A DNA stretch of 38,475 bases from assembly GCA_040008015.1 (NCBI GenBank), contig JBDTTZ010000492.1:1-38475 (forward strand), in the 5' to 3' direction. Shown in pieces: positions 7,671-17,957 of the stretch. This stretch comes from Gemmatimonadota bacterium. GTDB taxonomy: Bacteria > Gemmatimonadota > Gemmatimonadetes > Gemmatimonadales > GWC2-71-9. The first letter of the stretch is position 1. Each line of letters begins with the position of its first letter. Below the pieces are notes generated by a model. It was not told where the DNA came from, ran no database searches, and was given only the letters and a program-made list of their open reading frames with translations. The translations under genes and the position numbers were made by a program.

Positions 7671-9126
7671 CAGCCTGAAAAGGAAACCTGACGACCCGAA
7701 CACGGTGACCGCAACCAAGACCGTTCAATCATCCGCTCCCTCCACACCTCCGGAGGCCGGCACGATCGAAAAGGCCGTCGACCGGGCCGCCGATGCGCGC
7801 CCCATACCGGGCAACGATGTCCGGCTGCTGCTCAATGGCCCCGAGTGTTACGCCGCGATGTTCGACCTGATCGCCCGGGCGCAACACTGGATTCACTTCG
7901 AGAACTACATCATCCGTTCCGACCGGATCGGGTGGCAGTTCGCCGAGGCGCTCGCGGCCCGGGCGAAGGACGGCGTCAGCGTCCGGGTGATTTACGACTG
8001 GCTCGGATCGTTCGCCACCCGCTCGAAGTTCTGGAAGTTCCTGCGCGAGGCCGGTGTCGAAGTTCACTGCCACAATCCCCCCAAGTTTCTCGATGCCTTC
8101 CAGAATCTAAATCGCGACCATCGGAAGCTGGTGGTGGCGGACGGTATTGCCGGGATCACCGGCGGACTCTGCATCGGCGACGAGTGGATGGGCGACGAGG
8201 CGAAAGGCATTCAACCATGGCGGGATACCGGGATCGAGATCAGCGGGCCCGCGGCGGTCGCGCTGGACCAGTCGTTCAACACCCTCTGGCGCATTACCGG
8301 AGGGAGCACGGGAGAAGACCGGAGCCCGGACTCCATCCCTGACCGGGGAGAGGCGAGCTGCCGGGTCATCGCCGGGCGGCCCGGACGGGAGCGGACCTAC
8401 AAGGTGCTCGAGATCCTCGCCGCGAGCACGGTAAAGCGGCTCTGGATCACCGATGCGTACATGGTGCCCCCGCCCCGCCTCTTCCAGGCCTTCGTGGATG
8501 CGGCCCGTGACGGCGTGGACATCCGGATGCTGGTGCCGGGGTCGAGCGACGTAACCCTGGTGCGGAACCTCACCCGGGTCGGCTATCGCGACCTGTTGCG
8601 CGCCGGGGTGCGGATCTTCGAGTGGGATGGGCCCATGCTCCACGCCAAGACGATCGTGGCCGACGGCTGCTGGGCCCGGATCGGCACCAGCAATCTCAAC
8701 GCGTCGAGCCTGACCGGGAACTACGAGCTGGATGTCCTGATCGAAGATCCCAGGCTGGCGCACCAGCTGGAAGAGCAGTTCCGCCGGGACATCGCGCGCA
8801 GCTCGGAGATCATTCGCGGAAAACTTCGCGCGCCCCAGCGGTTCCAGAAGGTCCTGCCCTCGGTGCTCGCGCGGCAGAGCCCGGAAGAAGCTCCCGCGGT
8901 GCATACCCGCACCCGGAGAGAAGCGCGGCGCCGGGCGGTGGTGGCCCTGTGGACGGTGGTGACTGGTGCGCGGCGTTCGCTTTTCGGGCCGGCGGCGCTG
9001 GTCCTGATCGCCCTGGGCGGGCTGTTTATCGTGATGCCCCGGGTAATGGCGTACGGCTTCGGCGCGATCTGCGTCTGGCTCGCGGTCGCGGCCACCCGGG
9101 AAGCCGTCCGGCGCCGCGGCGGATAA
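7612..9126 (+). CDS. Phospholipase D / cardiolipin synthase-like protein (start uncertain, possibly GTG 7705)
   Basis: Two HKD motifs (HRKLVVADG and HAKTIVADG...GTSNLN). C-terminal hydrophobic segments. Codons 9-20 of the track ORF lie within the right arm of a repeat element (7636-7670), so the true start is probably downstream. Confidence 0.8.
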   Translation: MTIRLPADPSEPLSLCVKNGSLKRKPDDPNTVTATKTVQSSAPSTPPEAGTIEKAVDRAADARPIPGNDVRLLLNGPECYAAMFDLIARAQHWIHFENYIIRSDRIGWQFAEALAARAKDGVSVRVIYDWLGSFATRSKFWKFLREAGVEVHCHNPPKFLDAFQNLNRDHRKLVVADGIAGITGGLCIGDEWMGDEAKGIQPWRDTGIEISGPAAVALDQSFNTLWRITGGSTGEDRSPDSIPDRGEASCRVIAGRPGRERTYKVLEILAASTVKRLWITDAYMVPPPRLFQAFVDAARDGVDIRMLVPGSSDVTLVRNLTRVGYRDLLRAGVRIFEWDGPMLHAKTIVADGCWARIGTSNLNASSLTGNYELDVLIEDPRLAHQLEEQFRRDIARSSEIIRGKLRAPQRFQKVLPSVLARQSPEEAPAVHTRTRREARRRAVVALWTVVTGARRSLFGPAALVLIALGGLFIVMPRVMAYGFGAICVWLAVAATREAVRRRGG

Positions 9127-9245
9127 CGCCTTTTATTGTAACGCCTTAGTCTGCTCCCTCCCACCCCGGATTCTCCCGGCTATTCTTCCTGTCACATGGG
9201 AACTCCTGACCTCAACGATTACCTCTCTGCTGACGTAAATCCGAC

Positions 9246-9788
9246 GTGAGCGACGCTGATCTCGCCCGGCGCGCCTCGATGGGCGACAGCGATGCTTTCG
9301 GAGAGCTGGTCAACCGGCACGCCGCCGCGGCGCGCCGCCTCGCACGGACGGTTCTGCAGAACGCCGAAGATGCCGACGATGCCGCGCAAGACGGGTTCCT
9401 GCTCGCCTGGCGTTATCTCGAGCGCTACGACCCGGAACGGCCCTTCGCGCCCTGGCTGATGCGTATCGTGCTGAACGCGGCGGCGGACCTGCGGAGGAAA
9501 CGCCGAGTGCGGCAGACCGAGATGATTCCGCCGGCGGCCCTGTCCTCGGAGCGTTCACCCGACGAACAGACCGACTGGCGGCTCTTTCACAGCGAGCTGA
9601 GCGAGGCCCTGGAGCGGCTGCCGGAGCGGCAGCGGATCGCCGTCACGTTGTTTGATGTCGAAGGCTACAGTCACGGAGAAATCGCCGAGCTGCTGAAGAT
9701 TCCCGAGGGAACCGTGCGCTCCGACGTCTTTCACGCCCGGCGCACGTTACGCCAGGCCTTGAGCGCCTTTCGCGAGGAGCCAGAATGA
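9246..9788 (+). CDS. ECF-type RNA polymerase sigma-70 family factor
   Basis: Region 2 (DAAQDGFLLAWRYLERYDPERPFAPWLMRIVLNAA) and region 4 HTH (EGYSHGEIAELLKIPEGTVRSDVFHARRTL). GTG start. Confidence 0.85.
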   Translation: MSDADLARRASMGDSDAFGELVNRHAAAARRLARTVLQNAEDADDAAQDGFLLAWRYLERYDPERPFAPWLMRIVLNAAADLRRKRRVRQTEMIPPAALSSERSPDEQTDWRLFHSELSEALERLPERQRIAVTLFDVEGYSHGEIAELLKIPEGTVRSDVFHARRTLRQALSAFREEPE

Positions 9789-10123
9789 GCGACAACCCGT
9801 TCGCCAGCGAACGCGACCAGAAACTGGGCGACCTGCTGCGCCGATACCTGGAGCCGTCGGATCATGCCGGCTTTGTGCGCCGGGTCATGGTGGGGCTCCA
9901 CGCTACCGACAATAGTTGGGACGTGCTGAGCCGCTGGGCGCGCCCCGGTATCGCGGCAGCCCTGGCCTTCATCCTGGGCGCGGCAACCTGGGTCATTCTC
10001 CAGAGCGCCGCGGAGCCGCAATCACTGGCGGACGCGGTGTTGCCCGGCGACGCGCCGGCGACACTCTTCTCCGCGACCCAGCTGAACAATGAGCTGGTAT
10101 TAGAGGCAGTACTTGAGCGGTAA
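9785..10123 (+). CDS. Putative anti-sigma factor / small membrane protein
   Basis: ATGA overlap with the sigma gene. 112 aa with one hydrophobic segment (GIAAALAFILGAATWVIL). The assignment rests on position only. Confidence 0.5.
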   Translation: MSDNPFASERDQKLGDLLRRYLEPSDHAGFVRRVMVGLHATDNSWDVLSRWARPGIAAALAFILGAATWVILQSAAEPQSLADAVLPGDAPATLFSATQLNNELVLEAVLER

Positions 10124-10281
10124 CTAAAGGACTGAGGACTGAGGACTCTGCGATTCACGGTCCCAGCCTTTGGTCAGAATCCCAACTCTCTTAGTCCTTA
10201 GTCCTTGGTCCTTAGTCCTTGGTCCTTAGTCCTTGGTCCTTAGTCCTTGGTCCTTGGTCCTTAGTCCTTGGTCCTTAGTCC
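10124..10281. repeat. Tandem-unit hairpin element, GGACTRA heptamer type (about 3 versus 13 units)
   Basis: Left arm is CTAAAGGACTGAGGACTGAGGACT (10124-10147). Right arm is 13 consecutive TTAGTCC/TTGGTCC units at 10191-10281, in the order A A G A G A G A G G A G A. The spacer is 43 nt. Confidence 0.95.
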
Positions 10282-10290
10282 CTGGAGTTT

Positions 10291-10674
10291 ATGCGTTCGA
10301 CCCTGAAGGCAACCCTGCTGCTCATCGCCACCTTCGCCGGAGGCGCGCTGGCCGGCGGCGCGGTGATCGGCCTGGCCGATCGCGACAAGCTCCCGGGACG
10401 GAAATACCACTACCATCATGGGGACGACGACCACATCGAGTTCCTGAGCCGGAAGCTGGAGTTGACTCCGCCCCAGAAAGACAGCGTCCACTCCATCCTC
10501 GAACGGCACAAGCCGGCGATGGATTCGCTGTGGCGGCAGCTGGGGCCCCGGTTTGAAACAATCAGGGACTCGATCAGTAATGAAATCCGCCGGCAACTGA
10601 CGCCGAAACAACAACAGGCCTATACCGAGATGATCCGCCGCTTCGAGGAAGAGCGCCGGGGACCTCCTGAGTGA
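10291..10674 (+). CDS. Periplasmic LTXXQ-motif protein (Spy/CpxP-like, heavy-metal-sensor family)
   Basis: N-terminal signal or anchor. LTPPQ and LTPKQ motifs. His-rich HYHHGDDDH. GGAG lies 3 nt upstream of the ATG. Confidence 0.7.
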   Translation: MRSTLKATLLLIATFAGGALAGGAVIGLADRDKLPGRKYHYHHGDDDHIEFLSRKLELTPPQKDSVHSILERHKPAMDSLWRQLGPRFETIRDSISNEIRRQLTPKQQQAYTEMIRRFEEERRGPPE

Positions 10675-10675
10675 A

Positions 10676-11997
10676 ATGAATCGAATCCTGCTTGCCCTCG
10701 CGGGCGCCGTTACCGTGGTGAGCCCGGGCGCGAGCGCCCAGATCGCCGACTCGGCGACCCATAGCCAGATTCCCGTCGTCACCCTGGAGGAAGCCATTCG
10801 GCTGTCCGCCATAGTGCAGCCCTCGGTGATCTCCGCTGAAGGCTCCGTGCGCAACGCCGGCGCCCAGATCCGCGCGGCCCGGGGGCAGTTCCTCCCCAGT
10901 GTTACCGCCCAGTCCAGCGCAGGAAATTCCTTTTCCGAAGGCGCGCGGACCGATCCGATCACCGGCAACCTGGTAGCGGCCAACCAGAGCAACACCAGCA
11001 TCAGCATGGGCCTCTCCGCGCGGGTGGATCTCTTCACCGGGTTCCGGCGGGGCACAGACGTGCGGGCAGCCCGGGCCCAGGGCAGCGCGGCGGACGCTTC
11101 GCTGGTGGATGCCCAGTATCAGTCCAAGCTGAATACCACCACCGCGTTCTTCAATGCGCTCTACGACGCGCAGCTGGTCCAGGTCCGCCAGGCAGGCGTC
11201 CGCCGTGCCGACGAGCAGCTCAAGATCTCCATCGCCAAGCTGGCCTCCGGCTCGGCCACCCGCTCCGACTCATTGCAATCGCTGGTGCAGCTGGGCAATG
11301 CCCGGGTGCAGCTGGTAAACGCGCTCTCCCTGCTCGCGACCGACGAGGCCAACCTCGGGCGCCTGGTTGGCGCCGAGGGCCGGGTAGCGGCGGCCGACGA
11401 CTCGGCGTACTACCGGGTCATGACCATACCCGACACCGCCCAGATCCGGCGCGAGGCGGTGGAGCGCTCGCCCCGGGTCCAGAGCACGCTCGCCACCCAG
11501 AACGCGGCCCGCGCCACGCTCTCTTCTGCCCGTTCCGCCTACTGGCCGACCCTGAGCCTGGCCGGCAACTACAACTACAACGGGAGCAAGAGCCTCGACT
11601 ACGAGCTGTTCAACAACCGTTCGGTTTCGCTCTCGCTGTCCTGGCCCCTGTTCAACAACTTTACCCGGGAACGCAACATCACCTTGCAGGAAGTCTCTCT
11701 CGAGATCGCCGAAGCCAATGCGACCGATACCCGCCGCCAGATCCTCGCGTCGCTCACCGGGCAGTTGGGCAGCCTTGAGGCCGCGCGGCTCCGCATCGAG
11801 ATCACCACGATCAGTGTCGCGGCCGCCGAAGAGGATCTGCGGGTTCAGCGCGAGCGCTACCGGCTCGGCGCCTCGACCATCGTAGAGCTGTTGACCTCGC
11901 AGGAGAACCTGGACCAGGCCGAGGTGGACCTGGTGAATGCGCGATTCGACTACCTGAAGGCCAAAGCCCAGATCGAAGCCATCATTGGACGGACCCT

Positions 11998-12001
<4 letters not shown>
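10676..12001 (+). CDS. TolC-family outer-membrane efflux protein
   Basis: Signal peptide ending ASAQ. Two-repeat coiled-coil/beta pattern typical of OEP/TolC. Starts 1 nt after the upstream stop. Confidence 0.85.
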
Positions 12002-12753
<752 letters not shown>

Positions 12754-12754
12754 A

Positions 12755-14293
12755 ATGAGACTTCATACCATGCGTAAACTCAATATTGCCCTGATCGCCC
12801 TGCTCCTCGCCGGCTGCAAGAAGGATGAGCAGGTGGTGACCGCGGTGTACCAGGCCGTGCCGGTGGTCCGCAAGGACATCGTGGTCTCGGTCCAGGCGGC
12901 GGGAACCCTGCAGCCGGACACCACGGTCGAGGTCAAGTCGAAGGCATCGGGCGAAATCGCCCAGATCATGGTGGAGACCGGCCAGGAAGTCCGTCGCGGC
13001 GATCTCATGGTAAGCATCGACCCCAGGACCGCCCGCAATACCCAGGCCCAGGCCCAGGCCCGGTTCGACGTCTCCCGGGCGACGCTGGCCAATGCCCGCT
13101 CCCAGAAGCGGCGCTCCGACGAGCTCTTTGCCTCGCAATCCATCACCCAGACCGAGCACGAGGCCGCCCAGCTCGCCTACGCCAATGCCATGGCCGATTC
13201 GGTGAGCACCAAGGTCGATCTCGAGAACGCCCAGATCCAGCTGGAAGACGCCGATGTGCGGGCACCGATTTCGGGGACCATCATCGAGAAACTGGTGGAG
13301 CGTGGCCAGGTCATCTCTTCGCCAACCCGCGACGTGGGCGGCGGCACCGTTCTGCTCCAGATGGCGGACCTGAGCCTGATGCAGGTGAAGGCCCTGGTGG
13401 ACGAGACCGATATCGGGAAGATCCGGGCCGGCCTGTCGGCCACCGTCACCGTGGATGCGTACCCCAACCGGCCGTTCGAGGGAACCGTGCTCAAGATCGA
13501 GCCGCTGGCGACCCTCAACCAGAACGTCACGATGTTTCCGGTCATCGTACGGATCCAGAACCAGAACGGGCTGCTCCGGCCGGGGATGAACGCGGAAGTG
13601 GAGATTCATGTCGGCCGCCGCGATTCGGTGCTCGCCATTCCGAACGCGGCGCTGCGCACCACCCGCGACGTGAGCTCCGCCGCGCTGGTGCTGGGGCTGG
13701 ACCCCAAGGTCGTGGAACAACAGCTGGCGCAGGGCGCCCAGGATTCGGCCCGCACCACGACCGCGGGCGCCGGCAGCACGCACCCGGCCGATACGACGAA
13801 GAAACCTGCCGGCAACGTGCTGACCCTGCCCGATGGCCGCACCGTTCCGCTGCCGGAAGGCGTCACCGAAGCCCAGGCTTCGGCCGTCATGAAGAAACGA
13901 ATGACCGGCGGAACCCTGACCACCGAGGAAAGCGCGCTGCTCCGCAAGGTGTTTTCCGGCATGGGCGGCGGAAACGGGAGCCGGTCCCGCACCCCGACCA
14001 CCGACTACCAGTTCGGCGCGAAATACATCGTATTCGTGCAGCGCAACGGTCAGCCGGTCGCGGTCAACATCCAGACCGGGCTCACCGACATGGATTACTC
14101 CGAGGTGACCCAGGGCCTCACCGAGCGCGACTCGGTGCTGATCCTCCCCAGCGCCAGCCTCATCGCGTCGCAGGTCGAATGGCGGGAGCGGATGGGACGA
14201 GTCACCGGCGGTGGCAGCATGGGCGGCCTGCGCCAGTCCACGACGACCACGACCAGCGCCGCCACGCCCGCCGCGGGAGGTGCCCGGCCATGA
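12755..14293 (+). CDS. Efflux periplasmic adaptor (HlyD/MacA-like membrane fusion lipoprotein)
   Basis: ATG 12755 gives MRLHTMRKLNIALIALLLAGC (lipobox). Adaptor-type barrel-sandwich and coiled-coil sequence. The track start 12683 overlaps the ATPase gene and is rejected. Confidence 0.8.
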   Translation: MRLHTMRKLNIALIALLLAGCKKDEQVVTAVYQAVPVVRKDIVVSVQAAGTLQPDTTVEVKSKASGEIAQIMVETGQEVRRGDLMVSIDPRTARNTQAQAQARFDVSRATLANARSQKRRSDELFASQSITQTEHEAAQLAYANAMADSVSTKVDLENAQIQLEDADVRAPISGTIIEKLVERGQVISSPTRDVGGGTVLLQMADLSLMQVKALVDETDIGKIRAGLSATVTVDAYPNRPFEGTVLKIEPLATLNQNVTMFPVIVRIQNQNGLLRPGMNAEVEIHVGRRDSVLAIPNAALRTTRDVSSAALVLGLDPKVVEQQLAQGAQDSARTTTAGAGSTHPADTTKKPAGNVLTLPDGRTVPLPEGVTEAQASAVMKKRMTGGTLTTEESALLRKVFSGMGGGNGSRSRTPTTDYQFGAKYIVFVQRNGQPVAVNIQTGLTDMDYSEVTQGLTERDSVLILPSASLIASQVEWRERMGRVTGGGSMGGLRQSTTTTTSAATPAAGGARP

Positions 14294-15507
14294 TGATCGG
14301 CGAAACGGTCGCCGTGGCACTGCAGTCCATCCGCGCCAACAAGATGCGGGCATTTCTGACCATGCTCGGCATCATTATCGGCGTGGGTGCGGTCATCACC
14401 ATGATCTCGCTCGGCAATGGAGCCCAGAAAGCCGTCGAGGAACAGATCTCGGCCATGGGCGCGCGACTCCTGTCCATCTACCCGGGCCAGATGTTTTCTC
14501 ACGGCGTGGCGAGCGGCAACCGGGTGAGCCTGACCACCGAGGATGCCGATGCGCTGAAGCGGGACGCACACCTGCTCGACGCGGTCACTCCCGAGCTGTC
14601 CAGCTCATACACCGTGAAATACGGCAACAAGAATCTGAATCTCCAGACGGTCGGCACCACCGCTAACTATGCCACGGTGCACAACTACACCATCCCCTTT
14701 GGGCAGATGTTCACCGACGGCGACGACCAGGCCCGGCAGCGGTACGTCGTGCTCGGCGCCGACGTGCCCGAGATGCTCGGGGCGAATCCCGCCGCACTGA
14801 TCCACCAGACCGTCCTGATCCGCGGGATTCCCTTTGAAGTCGTGGGAATACTGAGCCGCAAGGGAGCGTCCAGTGGCTCGTTCTTCAATGTGGATGAACA
14901 GATCCTCATCCCGTTGCAAACGGCGCAGTACCGGATCCAGGGGACCAACCGGGTTCGCTCGATCACTGTCGAAGTCGCCGAAGGCGTGCCGATGGAGCAG
15001 GGAATGGTGGATCTCGAGCGGGTCATGCGGCGGGAACACCGGATCCGGCCCGGCGGAGATAACGACTTCACCATCAGGAACCAGATGGAGCTGCTGGCGA
15101 CCCAGCAACAGGCCACCGAGGTCTTTGGGTCCCTCCTGGCCGGGATCGCCGCAGTAAGCCTCCTGGTCGGCGGCATCGGCATCATGAACATCATGCTGGT
15201 CTCGGTCACCGAACGCACCCGGGAGATCGGCATCCGCAAGGCGCTGGGAGCTACCCGGATCAACATCATGCTGCAGTTCCTGATCGAGGCGCTGGTCCTG
15301 TGCCTGATCGGCGGGCTGCTCGGCGTGGGCCTGGGAACCTGGGCGGCCGACATCATGGCCAAGAGCTACGGGTGGAACACCCTGATCTCGGTCAACGCCA
15401 TCCTGATGGCGTTTGCCTTCAGCGCCGGTGTGGGCCTGGTATTCGGGATCTGGCCTGCCAGCCGGGCGGCGAAGCTCGATCCGATTACCGCCTTGCGTTA
15501 CGAATAG
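14290..15507 (+). CDS. ABC transporter permease (MacB-type, FtsX family)
   Basis: ATG 14290 overlaps the adaptor stop (ATGA). MMIGETVAVALQSIRANKMRAFLTMLGIIIGV is a typical MacB N-terminus. FtsX-like C-terminal TMs. Confidence 0.85.
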   Translation: MMIGETVAVALQSIRANKMRAFLTMLGIIIGVGAVITMISLGNGAQKAVEEQISAMGARLLSIYPGQMFSHGVASGNRVSLTTEDADALKRDAHLLDAVTPELSSSYTVKYGNKNLNLQTVGTTANYATVHNYTIPFGQMFTDGDDQARQRYVVLGADVPEMLGANPAALIHQTVLIRGIPFEVVGILSRKGASSGSFFNVDEQILIPLQTAQYRIQGTNRVRSITVEVAEGVPMEQGMVDLERVMRREHRIRPGGDNDFTIRNQMELLATQQQATEVFGSLLAGIAAVSLLVGGIGIMNIMLVSVTERTREIGIRKALGATRINIMLQFLIEALVLCLIGGLLGVGLGTWAADIMAKSYGWNTLISVNAILMAFAFSAGVGLVFGIWPASRAAKLDPITALRYE

Positions 15508-15511
15508 CAAC

Positions 15512-15624
15512 AACCGCAGAGACACAAAGCCACCGAGATTCCGTACTACCTGCAACGCAGCTTTCTTGACGTGCATTTGCGGGTGGGCCGGTGCGAATCT
15601 TTGTGGCTCTGTGTCTTTGTGGTT
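15512..15624. repeat. Tandem-unit hairpin element, CAGAGACA/CAAAGCCA octamer type
   Basis: Left arm is AACCGCAGAGACACAAAGCCACCGAGATTC (15512-15541). The reverse complement of 15595-15624 is AACCACAAAGACACAGAGCCACAAAGATTC. They match at 25 of 30 positions, and 4 of the 5 differences are G/A. Confidence 0.9.
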
Positions 15625-15662
15625 CGCGGTTATCTTCCAATTCTCAATTTCCCCATCTCGCC

Positions 15663-17957
15663 ATGCTGCTGCTGATTGCTATACCGCTCCTGCTCCAGGC
15701 GCCGGACACATTACCGGGCGTGAACGGCACCGGCCGTCCCACCTTCTCGGTGCCCCGCATCGAGGCCACCGTACAGGTGGACGGCGTGCTCGACGAACCG
15801 GCCTGGCGGAGCGCCGCCCGGCTCACCGGGTTCAGCCAGTACGAGCCGGTGGACAGCCGGCCGGCGGAAGAGCGGACCGAGGTACTGGTCTGGTACTCCC
15901 CCACCGCCATTCACTTCGGCATCCTGGCCTACGACCGGCACCCCGAGACCATCCGGGCCACCGAGGCCGACCGCGACAATATCGATTCCGACGATCACGT
16001 TATCATCTATCTCGACACCTTCAAGGACCGGCGCCGGGCCTTCTTCTTCGCGGTGAATCCCCTGGGAAGCCAGCAGGATGGCGTGCGCAGCGAAGGCGCG
16101 GCCAGCGCCGGCAACATCTTCGGCGGCAGCATCGACAAGAATCCCGACTACCTGTATGAATCCCGCGGCCGGATTACCGATTCGGGGTACATCGTGGAAG
16201 TGCGGATTCCGTTCAAGAGCCTGCGCTACCCCGGCAACGGCCCCCAGAGCTGGGGGATCAATTTCCTGCGCCGGACCCAGCGCACCGGCTACAACGACAC
16301 CTGGACCGATGTGCACCGAGCCAACGCCAGCTTCCTGGTCCAAGCCGGGACGCTCGAGGGGCTGCACGACCTGCACCGGGGTATCGTCCTCGAAGGCCAG
16401 CCCTTCGTCACCGCGGCGGCCAACGGGGCGCTCAACAACGCGGGGAATTTCGAGCGGGAGAACGTGGATCCCGAGGTTGGGCTCAACCTGCGGCTGGGGT
16501 TCACCAGTCTCTCGCTCGATGCAACCGTCAATCCCGATTTCAGCCAGGTCGAATCCGACGTCAGCCAGGTGACCGCGAACCAGCGGTTCGCCCTGTTCTT
16601 TCCCGAGAAGCGGCCGTTCTTCCTGGAGGGCATCGAGCTGTTCAGCACGCCCAACCAGCTGGTCTACACCCGGCAGATCGCAAACCCGATCGCCGGGGGC
16701 AAGGTGACGGGGAAGTTCGGGAACTTCGGAATCGCCCATCTCACCGCGGTGGACCAGGTGGATGACGACGGCCTACCGGGGAACGAGGACGTGCTATTCA
16801 ACATCACCCGGGTGCGCCGGGATTTCGGCTCCAACTCGGTCGCCGGAGTCACCTTCACCGATCGCAGCAGCCTCGACTCCCCGGGCTACAACCGGGTCGT
16901 TTCCGGCGACGTCCGCTACGTCTTTGCCAAGTTGTACTATTTCGAAGCACAGGTGGGAGGCTCATGGACCCGCCTGGGAACCGCCCCGGCGCTCTCATCG
17001 CCGATCTGGAAACTGGAATACGACCGCACCGGCCGGTCCTGGGGATTTAACTACCAGCTGAACGGAATCGGGCAGGATTTCATTACCCGCTCCGGATTCG
17101 TCAACCGAAACAACATCGTCTTCGCCAGGGGGTTCAACCGGCTCACCTGGTACGGCGCGCGGGGTGCCGGGCTGGAGAACTTCACGACCTTTTTCGGGGT
17201 GAATCGGTTCTGGAAGTATGGAGACCTGGCCGGCGACGCCATCGAGGGCAGCGAAGAAATCACCGGCCAGTTCCAGTTCCGCGGACGCTGGCAGCTCCGG
17301 GGCCATCTCGAGCACGCCTTTGTCGACTTTGACCCCGCCGATTATGCCGGCTACACCGTGGACGACGGAGGAGGACAGACCGGATTCGTCGTGACGCACG
17401 GGGTGTCCGGGTTCAGCGGCAACGTGAGTCTGGATACGCCCGTGTTCCAGAGTGTCGACGCCAGCCTCAGCCTCGGCACCGGGACCGGCGCGGTTTTCCG
17501 CGAGGCGACCAGGGGACACGGCTATGACGTGAACGCGAGCATCAACTTCCGCCCGACATCCGGACTCCGCCTGTCCCTCCTGAATACCTATTCCAGGATC
17601 ATACGGGAGGATGGCAGCCTGTTCGCGCGAACCATCATCCCCCGGGCCAGGATCGAGTATCAGCCCAGCCGGGCGTTGTTCTTCCGGATCGTGGGTGAGT
17701 ACGTTTCGCAGCGAACGTCCGACCTGGTGGACCCCACGACCGGTAACCCGATCCTGATCAACGGAGTGCCCGCCACCGGCGGGGACCGGAACGAGGTCCG
17801 GGTGGACCTGCTCGCGTCGTTCGAGCCGACACCGGGAACCGTCGCTTTCCTCGGTTATGGCAGCTCCATGCAAGGCCACTCCACGCTGGGGTTCAGCAAC
17901 CTGGAGCGCACGTCCGATGGATTCTTCGTCAAACTGGCGTACCAGTTCCGGCGATAA
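15663..17957 (+). CDS. DUF5916 / CBM9-like (DOMON-like) domain outer-membrane protein
   Basis: I chose ATG 15663 (MLLLIAIPLLLQAP). N-terminal DGVLDEPAW CBM9-like motif. Long beta-rich C-terminal part ending in FVKLAYQFRR. The track start 15591 lies inside a repeat arm. Confidence 0.7.
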   Translation: MLLLIAIPLLLQAPDTLPGVNGTGRPTFSVPRIEATVQVDGVLDEPAWRSAARLTGFSQYEPVDSRPAEERTEVLVWYSPTAIHFGILAYDRHPETIRATEADRDNIDSDDHVIIYLDTFKDRRRAFFFAVNPLGSQQDGVRSEGAASAGNIFGGSIDKNPDYLYESRGRITDSGYIVEVRIPFKSLRYPGNGPQSWGINFLRRTQRTGYNDTWTDVHRANASFLVQAGTLEGLHDLHRGIVLEGQPFVTAAANGALNNAGNFERENVDPEVGLNLRLGFTSLSLDATVNPDFSQVESDVSQVTANQRFALFFPEKRPFFLEGIELFSTPNQLVYTRQIANPIAGGKVTGKFGNFGIAHLTAVDQVDDDGLPGNEDVLFNITRVRRDFGSNSVAGVTFTDRSSLDSPGYNRVVSGDVRYVFAKLYYFEAQVGGSWTRLGTAPALSSPIWKLEYDRTGRSWGFNYQLNGIGQDFITRSGFVNRNNIVFARGFNRLTWYGARGAGLENFTTFFGVNRFWKYGDLAGDAIEGSEEITGQFQFRGRWQLRGHLEHAFVDFDPADYAGYTVDDGGGQTGFVVTHGVSGFSGNVSLDTPVFQSVDASLSLGTGTGAVFREATRGHGYDVNASINFRPTSGLRLSLLNTYSRIIREDGSLFARTIIPRARIEYQPSRALFFRIVGEYVSQRTSDLVDPTTGNPILINGVPATGGDRNEVRVDLLASFEPTPGTVAFLGYGSSMQGHSTLGFSNLERTSDGFFVKLAYQFRR

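Noticed and set aside
9199-9238. An ECF-type autoregulatory promoter (GGAAC ... CGT) upstream of the first sigma gene.
   Set aside because: GGAAC (9199-9203) and CGTAA (9234-9238) are about 30 nt apart, far from the 16-17 nt spacing expected. The pair TAACGCCTT x2 at 9124-9148 is noted but unassigned.
10191-10281. Whether the tandem short-repeat arrays (also at 6708-6858, 32650-32755 and 34617-34686) could be CRISPR arrays.
   Set aside because: The units are 7-8 nt and directly abutting, with no unique spacers. No cas genes are in the window. The architecture is inverted tandem arrays, not repeat-spacer.
10233-10556. ORFs whose N-termini are repeat translations: MVLSPWSLVLSPWSLV at 10233, the [11 protein letters not shown]-type starts at 6738, 6814 and 32330-32707, and the FN.EPQRLR peptides at 2799-3128 and 2972-3484.
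   Set aside because: The periodic peptides are simply the 7-8 nt DNA units read in frame. The palindromic copies give the same peptide on both strands, and the remainder overlaps better-supported genes.
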